Assembly: GCA_002269645.1 (NCBI GenBank)
Contig: NIVC01001569.1
Location: 186,001 to 250,000 of the forward strand
Reading direction: 5' to 3'
DNA from: Macrostomum lignano
Lineage: Eukaryota
DNA: 64,000 nucleotides
Below, piece by piece: positions 49,101 to 62,396 of this stretch (its first letter is position 1; each line of letters starts with the position of its first letter). A program made the translations under genes and the position numbers. The notes under the pieces are model-generated. The model had not been told where the DNA came from, ran no database searches, and saw nothing but the letters and a program-made list of their open reading frames with translations.

Positions 49101-52100
49101 GAGTGTAGCACAAGATGCACTCTTGTCTTTCCTTAGGATATTCCATATTTTATCCTATCTAAATGACTTAAATGCCCTTTGTTATTTATTAGCTATAAGC
49201 CCACAACCCCTAACATTTAATTCTTAAAATATAAACCTCTAAGTCTTTATTGAGGCTGGACAAGATCTCAATCTTAATCATCAAGATCTTGGCACTTTTT
49301 GCTATCTAAATCTCAGTTTCAAGATCTCAAAAAGTCAAGATTTGTGACTATGTGACTATTTAGAGGTGTCAGAGAAAGGGGGGCATAGGGGGCTGGAGCC
49401 CCCTACCTTTTAGCATGTTCCTGCATGTGTCCTTTTTGAATTTTAAACAAGTGTTGGGGTTTTGGGCTTTGGGGTGATTCCATATAAGTGTGTTTATAAC
49501 AATTTTAGAAGAAATAAAGTAGAACTCAAAGTTATACCATTGTAGAAAGTCAAGTTTGACTTTAAAAGAATAATCAATATATATACTTATATTATTTTGC
49601 AAATTATAGGTACAAATACATTTTTAATGTATTCAACAACACAATAAAGAAGTGTTGTGGTCATAACAATCGAAAAATAGAGGAACAGGTTTTTAAAGTT
49701 TACCTAAAAATTTCTGTGTACTTAGTATATGCCAAACAATGAAACTTCTACAAAAATATACTTGGCAACATTGAAAAGTCACCACTCTATGCACCAGTGA
49801 GCAATTTCTCTTTGACTTTTCTGAACTAAAAGATACGAGAAAACTGATCGGGGTAGCTTTAATCAGTTCAACCCTGGCACACTGCACCCCGCCCAACTTC
49901 ATTCCTCAACCCAAGTAGCTAAGTTGTGTCACTTGCAAAGAGACTTTACCTGTACTCTCAATAGTGGCGACCACAAATGAAATCTTCTATGATGGGGACT
50001 TTTCAATGTTGCTGAGTATATGTTAACATCTGTGGAAAATTTTGGAGTGCAATATTTTAATGATTGGAGAAATTGTAATTTTTTTATCTAACTTTGTTTG
50101 TGTGCTGGTTATAACTGTTGCAGTCATAACATTTTTTTCTCTCAATTGGCTTATTCCATATAAGATGGACATATTTGGAAAATAGAAAAAAGTCAATATT
50201 TTTGCTTGCCTTATTAGCCTATTTTTTACCAAATGTTTTTATGTGCATTATATACAATCTAAGAATAAAAGAATGGTAAAATGTTAGATTAGTATGTTAT
50301 CAATTGGCAAAAAGTCATTTTTGTAAAAATTTGGACATTTTTCAAAGCAAAAGACATTAAGATTTTGTACCTTTTAAAAACAAATAGAAAGCTTTTGAAG
50401 GTTGAAACAAACTATAGATAAAAGTATAGTACTTGCATCATCAGATAAAAGCATTGGTGACCAAATAATCTTATATTTTTAATGTATTAGTACCTCAAAG
50501 TTACTGAATTGACAGAAAAAAAATGTTACAACCATAATGTTACGACCATAAGGCTGCCTTTTCTTTTGTATCTTTGTTGCCTCTTGAGTTTATATATTCT
50601 AATAAAAGAGCATGATTTCTAAAGATGTTCTTAGTCAAATTTAAAAAATGTATTGCAGAATATCAAAAATGGAAAATGTTATAAGACTTTTACCTTTTAG
50701 TTTCTATATGTATATGTCAAAAATCCTGTTGTTACGACCATAAGTGTCATTTAAGGTTTAATAGCATCTATACTAATGATGATATCTATATGAAACTCTA
50801 TAAATATATTCTAGACAAAATAATCTTTCATGTAAAATATTGGTTTAGTATATTCTATTATTAGATTTCATTTTATAAGTAAAAATAGCCTGTCATGTTA
50901 CAACCGTGCTTATATGGAATGAGCCAATTCAGTAACTCTGAGGTACCAATATTATAAAAATATTATCAATTATATAGTGGCTAATGTTTTTAACTGATTA
51001 TGCAAGTATTATAATTTTATCTATAGTTTGTTTCAACCTTCCAAAACTTTTCATTTGTTTTTAAAAGGTACACAAAGTTAATGATGTCTTCTGCTTAGAA
51101 AAATGTCCAAATTTTTACAAAAAAAACTTATTGCCAATTGATAACATAGGCCTACTAATACAACATTTTACCATTCATTTATTCTTAGATGGTATATATT
51201 ACACATTTAAAACATTTGGCAAAAAATTGGCTGATAAGGCAATGGCAGGCAAAAATTTTGACTTTTTCTATTTTCCAAATATGTCCATCTTATCTGGAAT
51301 GAGCCTTTGGCTTTTCTGAGTCTTTAAGTTAGGGCTAAAAGCTGGAGCAAGAGGGCACTATTGCTATCTACACCCTAGGAGATCAATGTATATGTAAGAA
51401 TAAAGAATGTACAGTGGGTAAGGGTATGCATATTAGCTTGTGCTCCCTTCCTCAAGCAACAAGCCTTCTTTCCTTTCTATATACCCGCCTGGCTGTCGTA
51501 ATCCGGTTTTCATCCGGCCTCGTCCGGTTTAACCCGTTTTAGGGGGGGTGTTTCCGGACCAAAAAGATGTTGATCCGGTTTTGATCCGGTTTTTGTTTCT
51601 GGACCAAAAACCGGGCCGAAATCCGGAGTAAAGCCGGATGAAAGAGTTCTCTTTGTGACTCTTTTCATCCAGTTGACTCGTCGATTAAACTCAAACAATC
51701 AGCCGGATCGAAAACCAGATGAAAACCGGAAGAAAGCATATTTTGGTCCGGAATTTTGTCCGGTTTTACATCCGTCCATTGACCTGCCAAAAGCCGGATA
51801 AAGACCAATGCACGAAACGGAAGAAGTCCGGATGAAATACCGAGTTTGGAAAGGGGACTTGGATTTTTTATGAGTATGTAATTTGCAAGACCGCGTTGAG
51901 TTGTTATTAGGTAAAGAAATATGTAATGAGTGACCAGTGTGACCACTACTGTGTTATTTGTGTTTTTCTGTGCTTTTTTACTTCAAGTAAAATAGCTGTG
52001 TTATTGTGTTGTTTTAAGAAGTCATCCCTTTTCTGTGTTAAACTTAAATAAACAGCCCAATTTAGCTGGAAGTTTTTCTTCTGTGAAATTTATCTGCCTG

Positions 52101-55100
52101 GTACTAATTTGTAGCCGCCCAAAAGACAATGTGTCGTCTCATTCTCCATTTCTCCTAATTTGTCCACCCAATGTGAGGTTTTGCCATTCTATTTTTGACT
52201 CAAGCATGTCTTGTGTATTTGCATTTTTAGCGATACGCAACTTTAACAATTATCTTCGGTTTCAATATATTCAGCTTCCACTACTCTATCCAGCACAGTG
52301 AATTAGAGGTTGGCCACCCTCTGTGCAAGTGCAATATACCTTGCTTTCTTTGAGGTGTTTCCAGCAATTTGTTTTCTTACATTTTCAAAAGATTTCGTCT
52401 TGTTGTCAACCTTACTTAGTTCTTTAACATGTCATCTGCTTTACCATCCAGTAGACATGTGCATACATTTGATCTGGCATTCATCCGGAATTTCGTCCGG
52501 TTTCTCATCCGGTGGAGGCGTGCATACATTTTGTCCAGATTCGCTCCAGAATTTGCTCCGCCCTGTTCTCCGCGGCTTTCCGGATAGCTTCCCGGATGAA
52601 TTTCCGGACTAATGTTGGTTGAACACCCAGATGAAAGGTCAAATATGCATGTTTTCATCCGGTTTGTAAACTTTTCATCCAGCTCTCATCCGGTTTTTAA
52701 ATGGGACATTTGTATTACGTACCGGATGAAATTCCAGACGTCGCTCCAGATGAAAACCGGATTACGACAGCCAGGCGGGATCTGCCCCCTATCACCATTT
52801 GGTTAATATCATTTTCATATTGTCTGTTTGGCAAAGCCACTCTCATTCCCTTCAAGTTTTACTTTTGTCTGTCCTATCTCTCTGCAGGCATTCGTATAGT
52901 CCAGAGCACACTGCTCCCTTGTTTTGTTTACCAAAATATGCTTAAGCCTTAAGGGAAATCAAAAAGAATAAAGTTGCAACAGTGTTTGCGCGTTTCTGAT
53001 TCCTTAGAGAGAATCCACATTCTCTTGACAACTGTGCATGAGCCACTTCAGGTTGTAGGCCCCATCACCCTCAATGAGGTGTGGGCCTAATGCTTTTAGT
53101 GCAGGGGTTGGCAACCTTTTTACCTTCACAGCTCAGTTTAAAAATTTAGCAATCTAGTGCATTACTATGGGCCAGAGGAGGGAGAGAGGAGAAAAAATAG
53201 AGAAGAGAAATAAGAGAAAAGAGAGGCAAATGAATAAAGGAGAAGAGAGAGTAGACAAGATAAGAGATGAAATAGGATTGAGAAGACACAAAATAGAAAA
53301 GGAGAGATAAAATAGAAGACAGAAAAGGGAAGGGAGAAGAAAACGGAGAGGAAAAGGGAGATAAAAGGAGAGAAGAAAGGTGAGGAGATGAGAGAAGAGA
53401 GATAAGTAGATAAGAGGAAAGGAGAGAGAGGACAGGAGAGGACTTAAGAAGAGAGAGGCAAGACAAGAGATCCAAGAAGAGACAGACACAAACATTGAGT
53501 GGGCCAGATTGCTGTTGTGAAGATTCAAAGGATCCGAGGGCTAGATTGAAAGGCTTTGCGGGCCGCATGTGATCTATGGGCCAGAGTTTGCTGACTCTTG
53601 TTTTAGTGTTTAGCCCTTTTACTTTACTCTAATTGACATTCCAAATCCAGAAAATTAACTGATTGGTCTTGCCCTTGCAATTTTCATTCACTTGGGATAT
53701 TTACTAAATAAATTGATAGTGCAGTTTGAATCAGTTGAAAATTTGAACATTTTAAGACTTTTGGCCACTTCCAATTACACACAGAATTGAATGTTGGCCT
53801 AGTTGTCACAATGTCACAAACTGACATAACAGCAGGAGTTTGGGTGCCATTAGATTCCAAAAACATATGTGCAATGCTCCCTCCTACCAATAGCCCCCCA
53901 CTTTGAAATATGTTCTAACACTGCTATGACTATTGGTGACTACAATATTATTAAATCTGCTAAATATTATATAATAATTGTTTTTACTTCTATTATCATC
54001 ATTGTACATATTTAACAAATAAAAATATTATTGATAGATAGAACAGTGTTGATAGGCCTAATAGATGCTAATTAAGCTTAATCTTGAATCTCAATTGAAT
54101 CTTAATTATCTTAAAATTATAGATCTTGAGTTTCAAAAATCTCAAATGTGATATTGGCTAACCCCTAAGTCTTTAATTCCCTAATTAATATTTGTCTCTA
54201 TTTTTCTCTTCATTTATGAGCTACAAAATCAATATTCAACTATTGACTTGTTCCAAATCTTTATCCTATATCAAAGCAACTATTCAAATATTTGGATTAC
54301 CAAATTTCTGATTCCAAATGTTTCAAATAATCTTTCCATCTCTTGCCCCATCTTATTAAAGTACCCTAGCTACACTACTTGATGTGCCAAGTATATTAGT
54401 CTAATATCTAATAGCTTATTTAATTTTAGTATAATAACATGTTTATATGTGTAAATATCTATATAAAATTTTAGTATCAATTTTATTTTTATTTAGCTAG
54501 ATAGTTAAATGCAATATATATTTATATACAAGTTAAGAACATAGATTATATGTAAACATTATATAAAGTATTGATTTGATATATTTTAAGTATTTTTTGT
54601 ATGTCATTTATAAAAAAGCAGATGACAAATTAGTAAAATGGCAAAAAATCTTATCAGCTTTCAGTTTTTAACAAATTTATATAAAAAACTATAAATTCAA
54701 CTTAACCTCTAGCCTCTTTGGCCTATAGGTTTGCCTTATTATATGTACCATACTGTCTTAGATATACTAGCCCCTTAGACTAGCTATGACTTATAGTATG
54801 ATGTTAGAGCCAGGGTTAGGAATTGAAACTTTAGTTTTAAGTAATTAATATGGTATCTTTTGCTAACTTTTTTGAATATAAAATATAAAACTAAATGTAA
54901 TGACTTCCACATTTACCTTGTTCATTAATTTTTAACTTTTAATTTTCTTTTATTTATCTATCTATTGTCAAGACTGATAATAAATACAATTATATATTGG
55001 TAAATCCAAGGAGTGAAATCGTTTGGGTGACTTTCCCAAAGAAAATTTAGGGGGGTCATACCTGCCTAGGAAAGAGAAAAATATATATTCTAGTTAATTG

Positions 55101-58100
55101 TCAAGCCTGGTACAATTTTTTCAATATTTGTAAGCCTAATAAAAATGAAAATAAAAAAGAATAATAACAGAGCATATTAATATACATGGCCAGGGGTGGA
55201 GCATCCAATTGCACATTTGAGGGCAAGTTCATAAATGTGCTTCTTGCTGGCTGTCTGGCTAGGAACCACTGGTTTAGCTGCGTACTAACCGCGACCAATT
55301 CCGCTTAACTTGCAGCGGAGCATTAGCCTATTGAGCATAAGTATTTAACCAATCTTAGCAATATTTCCCGCACTAATCCCTTCTCAGGCAGAGCTGCGGG
55401 CCAGCATATTCCTCGCACTTGAGGATCAGGACAAGTTCCTGTCCAGCCAAAGTTCCCCTAAGCGCCAAGAATTGAAGGACTTTCTGCAAACCGGCGAGGG
55501 TCGGCAGGTGTTCGGCCTAGTCAGAGATCTGTTCGAATATTTTCAATTGGATTACACTTTGGCAGTGCTCAAGCCTGAAACTGGATTGCTCGACCAGTCA
55601 ACGTGGAACAGTTTGGAAGCGCCGGGATTCGCCCGATCCAAGTCTAGCAGCAGGCCCTACCTAGCCAGTGTGCTGGCTTTGGCTGCCAGCGCCTCGGCCG
55701 GTGGCCCGTCTGCCTCATCAGCGGCTGCTCTTGATGCCAAATCTAGCGGCTCCAATGCAAGCGCTGGGGTGAGCTTGGCTCCTGTCTCTGTCAGTCCGCC
55801 TCCTCTAACACTGTGCTGCTCTTGTTAATCCGCTGTCTTTATCACCCTGCTGCTCTTGTTAATCCGCTGTCTTTATCGCCCTGCTGCCCGAGTTAATCTG
55901 CTGTCTTTATCGCCCTGCTGCCCGAGTTAATCCGCTGTCTTTATCGCCCTGCTGCCCGAGTTAATCTGCTGTCTTTATCGCCCTGCTGCCCGAGTTAATC
56001 TGCTGTCTTTATCGCCCTGCTGCCCGAGTTAATCCGCTGTCTTTATCGCCCTGCTGCCCGAGTTAATCTGCTGTCTTTATCGCCCTGCTGCCCGAGTTAA
56101 TCTGCTGTCTTTATCAGCCTGCTGCCCGAGTTAATCTGCTGTCTTTATCAGCCTGCTGCCCGAGTTAATCTGCTGTCTTTATCGCCCTGCTGCCCGAGTT
56201 AATCCACTGTCTTTATCAGCCTGCTGGCCCCGTTAATCCACTGTCTTTGGAAGTATAAGAATTTTCCAATTTTAAGAACGCGACCTCGGGAAGCTGCTGT
56301 GATGCATATTCTCGTATTTAATTGTATCTCCTTAACCAAAGTCCCAGCGGCAGCCGCGCGGTAACCAACAGCAGTCTCAAAAGCAGCAACTAGTCTATGG
56401 CAAGCTTCGCCTACCTTCAAAGACTCGTAGCCCCAGCAACAATGGCGGCAACCTAGTAGCCGACGCAAAGTCCAGGGTTGTATTGTTTGTACATTTTACA
56501 TCAAGTTTTTTATTAACAAACAACTCCGTCGCTTGTTTACTGTTTATTCGTTTATTAGCTGATGATGCTTGGTTTCAGTTATAAAACTGTTTTTTGAGTT
56601 GTTCGACTAATTTGTTTCATACAAATTCTAATTTTGATACCAAAACATCTGATTTTTTGCAGCGTCATTACGACGACGATCTATTGCCAATGTCAGCTAG
56701 CGTTGCTAGGGGCAGCTACGCCGGAGCCGCTTCCGGTAACAGCAACAACAATAACAGTTCCTCTCTTGGGTAAGTCGTGTCTTTTTAAATGCAGTTTATC
56801 AAGTATTTTATGAGCAGACTCAAGGACACTGAGGGAGCGGAAAGGCCAATTCTCAGGGACACTGAGGGAGCGGAGGGAACTGAAGAGACAGGCTCAAGTT
56901 AATCATAAATTACTTCAGTTTGTACTCGTAGATGTCATTGTACTGATTAAAGAACTAACAGGACATCTCTCTGTCTCCTATATAGTTTGTCAAAAATTCC
57001 AGTAAGCTCTCGAACCAACGGGTGAGTGAGTGTGCTGTCCGTAGGACTACTGAGTATGCACTACGTATTTTTGGCGCATATATTTATGTAGTAAATTGTT
57101 TATATCAGGGGTCTGCCAAATTTTCATCTAGATCAAGAATCCAGCTCATGGCTGCCAGTCTGATGAGAGTCGAGAAGAGAGCGTATGGAAAATGAAAGAT
57201 GAGAAAAGAGAAGACAAGCGAGAGATACGATGAGTGGTAATATAAAAGATAAAGGGAGAGAAAAGCGTAGAGAGTAGAACTGAGAGAGAGAAGAGATAGG
57301 AGAGGGGAGAGAGGAGAGAAGAAACAAGAGATAGGAGAGGGGAGAGAGGAGAGAAGAAACAAGAGATAGGAGAGGGGAGAGAGGAGAGAAGAAACAAGAG
57401 ATAGGAGAGGGGAGAGAGGAGAGAAGAAACAAGAGATAGGAGAGGGGAGAGAGGAGAGAAGAAACAAGAGATAGGAGAGGGGAGAAAGGAGAGGAGGGAA
57501 GAGAGAGGAGATAGGAGAGAGGAGAGAAGAAACAAGAGATAGGAGATAGGAGAGAGGAGAGAAGAAACAAGAGATAGGAGAGGGGAGAGAGGAGAGAAGA
57601 AACAAGAGATAGGAGAGGGGAGAAAGGAGAGGAGGGAAAAGAGATAGGAGATAGGAGAGAGGAGAGAAGAAACAAGAGATAGGAGAGGGGAGAATAGAGA
57701 GAGCTAAAAAGAAACCGAGTTTGAGCGGGGCCGATTGCTTTTGCGAGTCTCGAAGAGAAAGGTTAGCCGACCCCTGATTTATGTGTATTCTCAGTAGTTG
57801 TTTTGTTAGCTTTCTAACATTCTAGCGTTGCTGAGTCAATGGTATTTATTTAGCATATGCATCTTTTGTATCATCAATTAACAAATTTTTAAGTCCGGCG
57901 CTTGGCGTTATGGCACATTGCAGTTGAGCACTGAACGGCATGGAAAATCCTACAAACAATGCGATGGGGTCTCAGCCTCAGCCAGAAATGAGATTCTGAC
58001 CTCAGTAAATCTTTAGTGCGCGTCAATGCGGATTGTAAATAGGCGATTTAATACCCGAATTCCTCAGATTTGCGTTCATCTTTCAAAGCAGATAGATACC

Positions 58101-60705
58101 AAATATCTGGCTTGTTATTAATGCTTCCGCATAAGTCTCTCTGGCAATGGCCCATGGATAAGTTATTAGTTCGTAATCCCCCATTGGAGGCATACTGAGC
58201 TGGATAAGTCAGTGGCTTATATTGATTTTGGTAAGGCAGAGAACTCCCGTTTCATTTCCTGATTGAGTATGAGCAGCATGGAAATGAGATATGCTGAGCA
58301 GTATGTGCTCTCCGTTCTTTTGTATTTGCCTCGCGCCTCCTTAGTCACCGAGTTCGCCTCTCAGTTCCTCAGTGTCCTTGAGTCTGTCTCTCAGATCTCA
58401 GTATCCTTGAATCTGCCTCCCTGCTCCCTCAGTGTCCTTGAGTCTGCCTCTCAGATCTCAGTATCCTTGAATCTGCCTCCCTGCTCCCTCAGTGTCCTTG
58501 AGTCTGCCTCTCAGATCTCAGTATCCTTGAATCTGCCTCCCTGCTCCCTCAGTGTCCTTGAGTCTGCTTCTCAGATCTCAGTATCCTTGAGTCTGCCTCT
58601 CAGATCTCAGTATCCTTGAGTCTGCCTCTGCGCTCCCTCAGTATCCTTGAGTCTGCCTCTCCGCTCCCTCAGTATCCTTGAGTCTGCCTCTCCGCTCCCT
58701 CAGTATCCTTGAATCTGCCTCTCCGCTCCCTCAGTGTCCTTGAGTCTGCCTCTCCGCTCCCTCAGTGTCCTTGAGTCTGCCTCTCCGCTCCCTCAGTGTC
58801 CTTGAATCTGCCGCTCCGCTCCCTCAGTGTCCTTGAGTCTGCCTCTCCGCTCCCTCAGTGTCCTTGAATCTGCCTCTCCGCTCCCTCAGTATCCTTGAGT
58901 CTGCCTCTGCGCTCCCTCAGTATCCTTGAGTCTGCCTCTCCGCTCCCTCAGTGTCCTTGAGTCTGCCTCTCCGCTCCCTCAGTGTCCTTGAGTCTGCCTC
59001 TCCGCTCCCTCAGTGTCCTTGAGTCTGCCTCTCCGCTCCCTCAGTGTCCTTGAGTCTGCCTCTCCGCTCCCTCAGTGTCCTTGAGTCTGCCTCTCCGCTC
59101 CCTCAGTGTCCTTGAGTCTGCCTCTCCGCTCTCTTAGTATCTGAATCTGCATCTGTTTGTCTCTCTCCCGTCTCTCCCCTGTCTTTCACATGTCTTTTCC
59201 GTCTTACCCCTGGTTCTCGCCTGTCTCCCCTGTCTCTCTCCCCTGTCTTCCCTGTCTCCCCCTTGTCCCTCCCCTGTCTCCCACATTTCTACCACGTCTT
59301 TTGTCAAGTCAACAGACACAGGCACTTTTAGCAAAGTCACCCGCGCATTTCTACTCATCCACTCAGCTCTCCGACATCCAAGCGACCAACCGCGCAAGAG
59401 CCGCAGGCGCAGAAAAGTTTCCCAGCTTCGTCTAGCGACAGTCTGGACCCGCTGTCGAGTCCACGCCGTCAGCAGCAGCCTGTCAGGGAAAGCGGCGCAA
59501 GTTTGGAGCGGCCAAGATCGCGTGGCAACAATTTCGACGATTTGCCATCGCTCTCGGCAGCTGGAGGGGGCGGTGGCGGCAATGCTAGACAGTCGCCTCG
59601 CGGCGGTAAGAGACTGTTTTAGCGGAGTTAGAAACTGGTAGCAGGTAGATAGATGGGTAGCAGGTAGATAGATGGGTAGCATGTAGATAGATGGGTAGCA
59701 GGTAGATAGATGCGTAGCAGGTAGATAGATAGGTAGCAGGTAGATAGATGGGTAGCATGTAGATAGATGGGTAGCAGGTAGATAGATGCGTAGCAGGTAG
59801 ATAGATGGGTAGCATGTAGATAGATGGGTAGCAGGTAGATAGATGGGTAGCAGGTAGATAGATGGGTAACAGGTAGATAGATGGGTAACAGGTAGATAGA
59901 TGGGTAGCAGGTAGATAGATGGGTCGCAGGTAGATAGATGGGTAGCAGGTAGATAGATGGGTAGCAGGTAGATAGATGGGTAGCAGGTAGATAGATGGGT
60001 AGCAGGTAGATAGATGGGTAGCAGGTAGATAGATGGGTAGCAGGTAGATAGATGGGTAGCAGGTAGATAGATGGGTAGCAGGTAGATAGATGGGTAGCAG
60101 GTAGATAGATGGGTCGCAGGTTGATAGATGGACAGCAAATAGAAAGATAGGTAGCAGGTAGAATACACGATGGGACACGGCAGGTAGATAGCGATGAAGC
60201 AGGTAGATGGTAGATAGAGATTCAGTTCATACATACAGAGTATCGTAGCTAACCAGATTGAATGAGCCCACAGACTGATGCCCTTCAATGATCTGCAAAG
60301 TCTCCATCTCAATTCCTCATCGACCGCAACCCAGGCGACACCAGCAGCAATTCGATGCTGTCCGACCAGCTGGTTTCGAATGCCGCCGGCGGCGGCGGCG
60401 GCGGCTTTGACTACGGCGGCGGCGGAGGTGGAGACTACTTTGACGACTTCGAGGACAGCATCGCTGGCGGCGTCAGCAGCAGCGCTGGCGGCGGCGCTCT
60501 CGCATCGGCGCGCAGCTTGAAGTCGCAGTCGCAGATCAGCGCCGGCGACGACGGCGAAGTTGAAGACGAAGAGATTGAAGTGGAGGAGCTGCCGTCAGCG
60601 GCAGACGAGGACCCAACCGACGTAACGGTCGATAGCGAGATCTCTCTGCAGGCCGACTACGTCGAAGATGCCAATAGGCATGCCACTGGCAGGTCGCAGT
60701 TCTGA
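43171..60705 (+). CDS. FGFR1OP: FGFR1 oncogene partner / centrosomal protein 43 homologue, about 436 aa; exons 43171-43248, 55388-55768, 56342-56476, 56663-56769, 59367-59605, 60335-60705
   Basis: LisH-containing N-terminus MVEDETEFRDLISQTLENNGVLGKIK|AELRASIFLALEDQ...LVRDLFEYFQLDYTLAVLKPET; acidic C-terminus ending DVTVDSEISLQADYVEDA. Exons sum to 1311 nt in frame. Exon 3 has a weak donor (56476 or 56479). Confidence 0.92.
45880..48720. repeat. Alternating degenerate arrays (gctgagatgtcaagg-type and ggattctttggat-type) in FGFR1OP intron 1
   Basis: Blocks at about 45880-46550, 46550-47010, 47030-47550 and 47560-48720. Confidence 0.85.
50148..51305. mobile_element. AT-rich foldback-like structure with diverged inverted arms of about 370 bp
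   Basis: 50148-50511 is a diverged reverse complement of 50925-51305 (ggcttattccatataagatggacatatt versus aatatgtccatcttatctggaatgagcc); a third terminus-like copy ends at 50925. Confidence 0.65.
51484..52779. mobile_element. Non-autonomous DNA transposon with CCC...GGG ends and many ccggat subterminal repeats (CMC/EnSpm-like)
   Basis: Perfect 31-bp TIR cccgcctggctgtcgtaatccggttttcatc; dense atccgg/ccggat motifs at 51500-51840 and 52480-52760; no clear TSD. Confidence 0.8.
53102..53600. mobile_element. hAT (Charlie-like) MITE with GA-rich interior
   Basis: Ends caggggttggcaacc...gtttgctgactcttg; perfect 8-bp TSD ttttagtg (53094-53101 and 53601-53608); subterminal gcgggccgcatg. Confidence 0.85.
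55826..56238. repeat. 34-bp repeat (gttaatctgctgtctttatcgccctgctgcccga), FGFR1OP intron 2
   Basis: Direct reading. Confidence 0.95.
57106..57776. mobile_element. hAT (Charlie-like) MITE with internal GA-rich tandem array
   Basis: Ends caggggtctgccaa...ttagccgacccctg; flanking 8-mers gtttatat and atttatgt match 6/8. Confidence 0.75.
58365..59132. repeat. 60-bp dimer grading into a 31-bp monomer array (ccttgagtctgcctctccgctccctcagtgt), FGFR1OP intron 4
   Basis: Period 60 at 58381-58620, period 31 afterwards. Confidence 0.95.
59637..60130. repeat. 19-bp repeat (agcaggtagatagatgggt), FGFR1OP intron 5
   Basis: Direct reading. Confidence 0.95.
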
Positions 60706-60761
60706 TTGACAGCTCTCTGATTGTATACTGACATTGAATTGGATCCTGCCACCGAGCACGT

Positions 60762-61735
60762 CAGAATCCTGACACCATGTAAGCCAGAATCCTGACACCC
60801 TGTAAGCTAGAATCCTGACACCCAGCAATACAGAATCCTGACACCCTGTAAGCTAGAATCCTGACGCCCTGTAAGCCAGAATCCTGACATCCTGTAAGCC
60901 AGAATCCTGACGGCCTGTAAGCCAGAATCCTGACACCCAGCAATACAGAATCCTGACACCCTGTAAGCTAGAATCCTGACGCCCTGTAAGCCAGAATCCT
61001 GACATCCTGTAAGCCAGAATCCTGACACCCTGTAAGCTAGAATCCTGACACCCTGCAATACAGAATCCTGACGCCCTGTAAGCCAGAATCCTGACATCCT
61101 GTAAGCCAGAATCCTGACGGCCTGTAAGCCAGAATCCTGACACCCAGTAATACAGAATCCTGACACCCAGTAAGCCGGAATCCTGACACCCAGTAATACA
61201 GAATCCTGACACCCAGTAAGCCGGAATCCTGACACCCAGTAATACAGAATCCTGACACCCAGTAAGCTAGAATCCTGACACCCTGTAAGCCAGAATCCTG
61301 ACATCCTGTAAGCCAGAATCCTGACATCCTGTAAGCCAGAATCCTGACACCCAGTAATACAGAATCCTGACACCCAGTAATACAGAATCCTGACACCCAG
61401 TAATACAGAATCCTGACACCCAGTAAGTCAGAATCCTGACACCCAGTAATACAGAATCCTGACACCCAGTAAGCCGGAATCCTGACACCCAGTAATACAG
61501 AATCCTGACACCCAGTAATACAGAATCCTGACACCCAGTAAGCCGGAATCCTGACACCCCGTAATACAGAATCCTGACACCCAGTAATACAGAATCCAGA
61601 CACTCAGTAAGTCAGAATCCTGACACCCAGTAATACAGAATCCTGACACCCAGTAATACAGAATCCAGACACTCAGTAAGTCAGAATCCAGACACTCAGT
61701 AAGTCAGAATCCAGACACTCAGTAAGTCAGAAAAG
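60762..61735. repeat. 23-bp repeat (cagaatcctgacacccagtaata) starting about 55 nt after the FGFR1OP stop
   Basis: Direct reading. Confidence 0.95.
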
Positions 61736-62396
61736 TAAGGCATTCTCTGTTTTTCCTCAGGTCATCACTTTGACATTAACAAAACTTAGGATCCATTGGT
61801 GCGCTGTATGTTGGCAGGAATTCTAAACACACATACGAACTGCTCTCCTCTACAGTACAGCTAAAGTTGAAGTTAACAAACAACCGTTGTGCGGTTTGTT
61901 AATAGTTTTAATTTGTTGAAATTTGATACAAACACGTTGCCTAATGCAACCACTGTAAGTAGCTTGTAGTACAATTTTAATCGCTTTTATTTAGCTTGCT
62001 TGTCACCGTATTTGTTTTAAATTAATTCCGTCCATTTTTTATTTAAAACATTTGGTTTAAAGTGTATATTGACACGTAGCGTGTGTTCGTTGATTAAATA
62101 ATTTTTTCTGAACATAAAATCCATTGTTTTTTCAAGCAGGCCTTGCCTTAAATTGCTTATATTTTGTCTAGTTTTTCTCAATAATAAAATATATTCGATG
62201 ACATGTAGAATAGAATCTGTATTTTGTTTGTTTATTTCATTTGAAACATTCATGGTATTTATTGTTTTTATCAAAACTCTGATAACCTCACTAAAAATAC
62301 ACATTTCAGCCCATGCATCCTAAGCAATCGCTAATCTTAAGTGGCTACTAGCCCAGTAGTCTGGATAGCAGTAGATTTTTTCAATCTGCACTGGCA

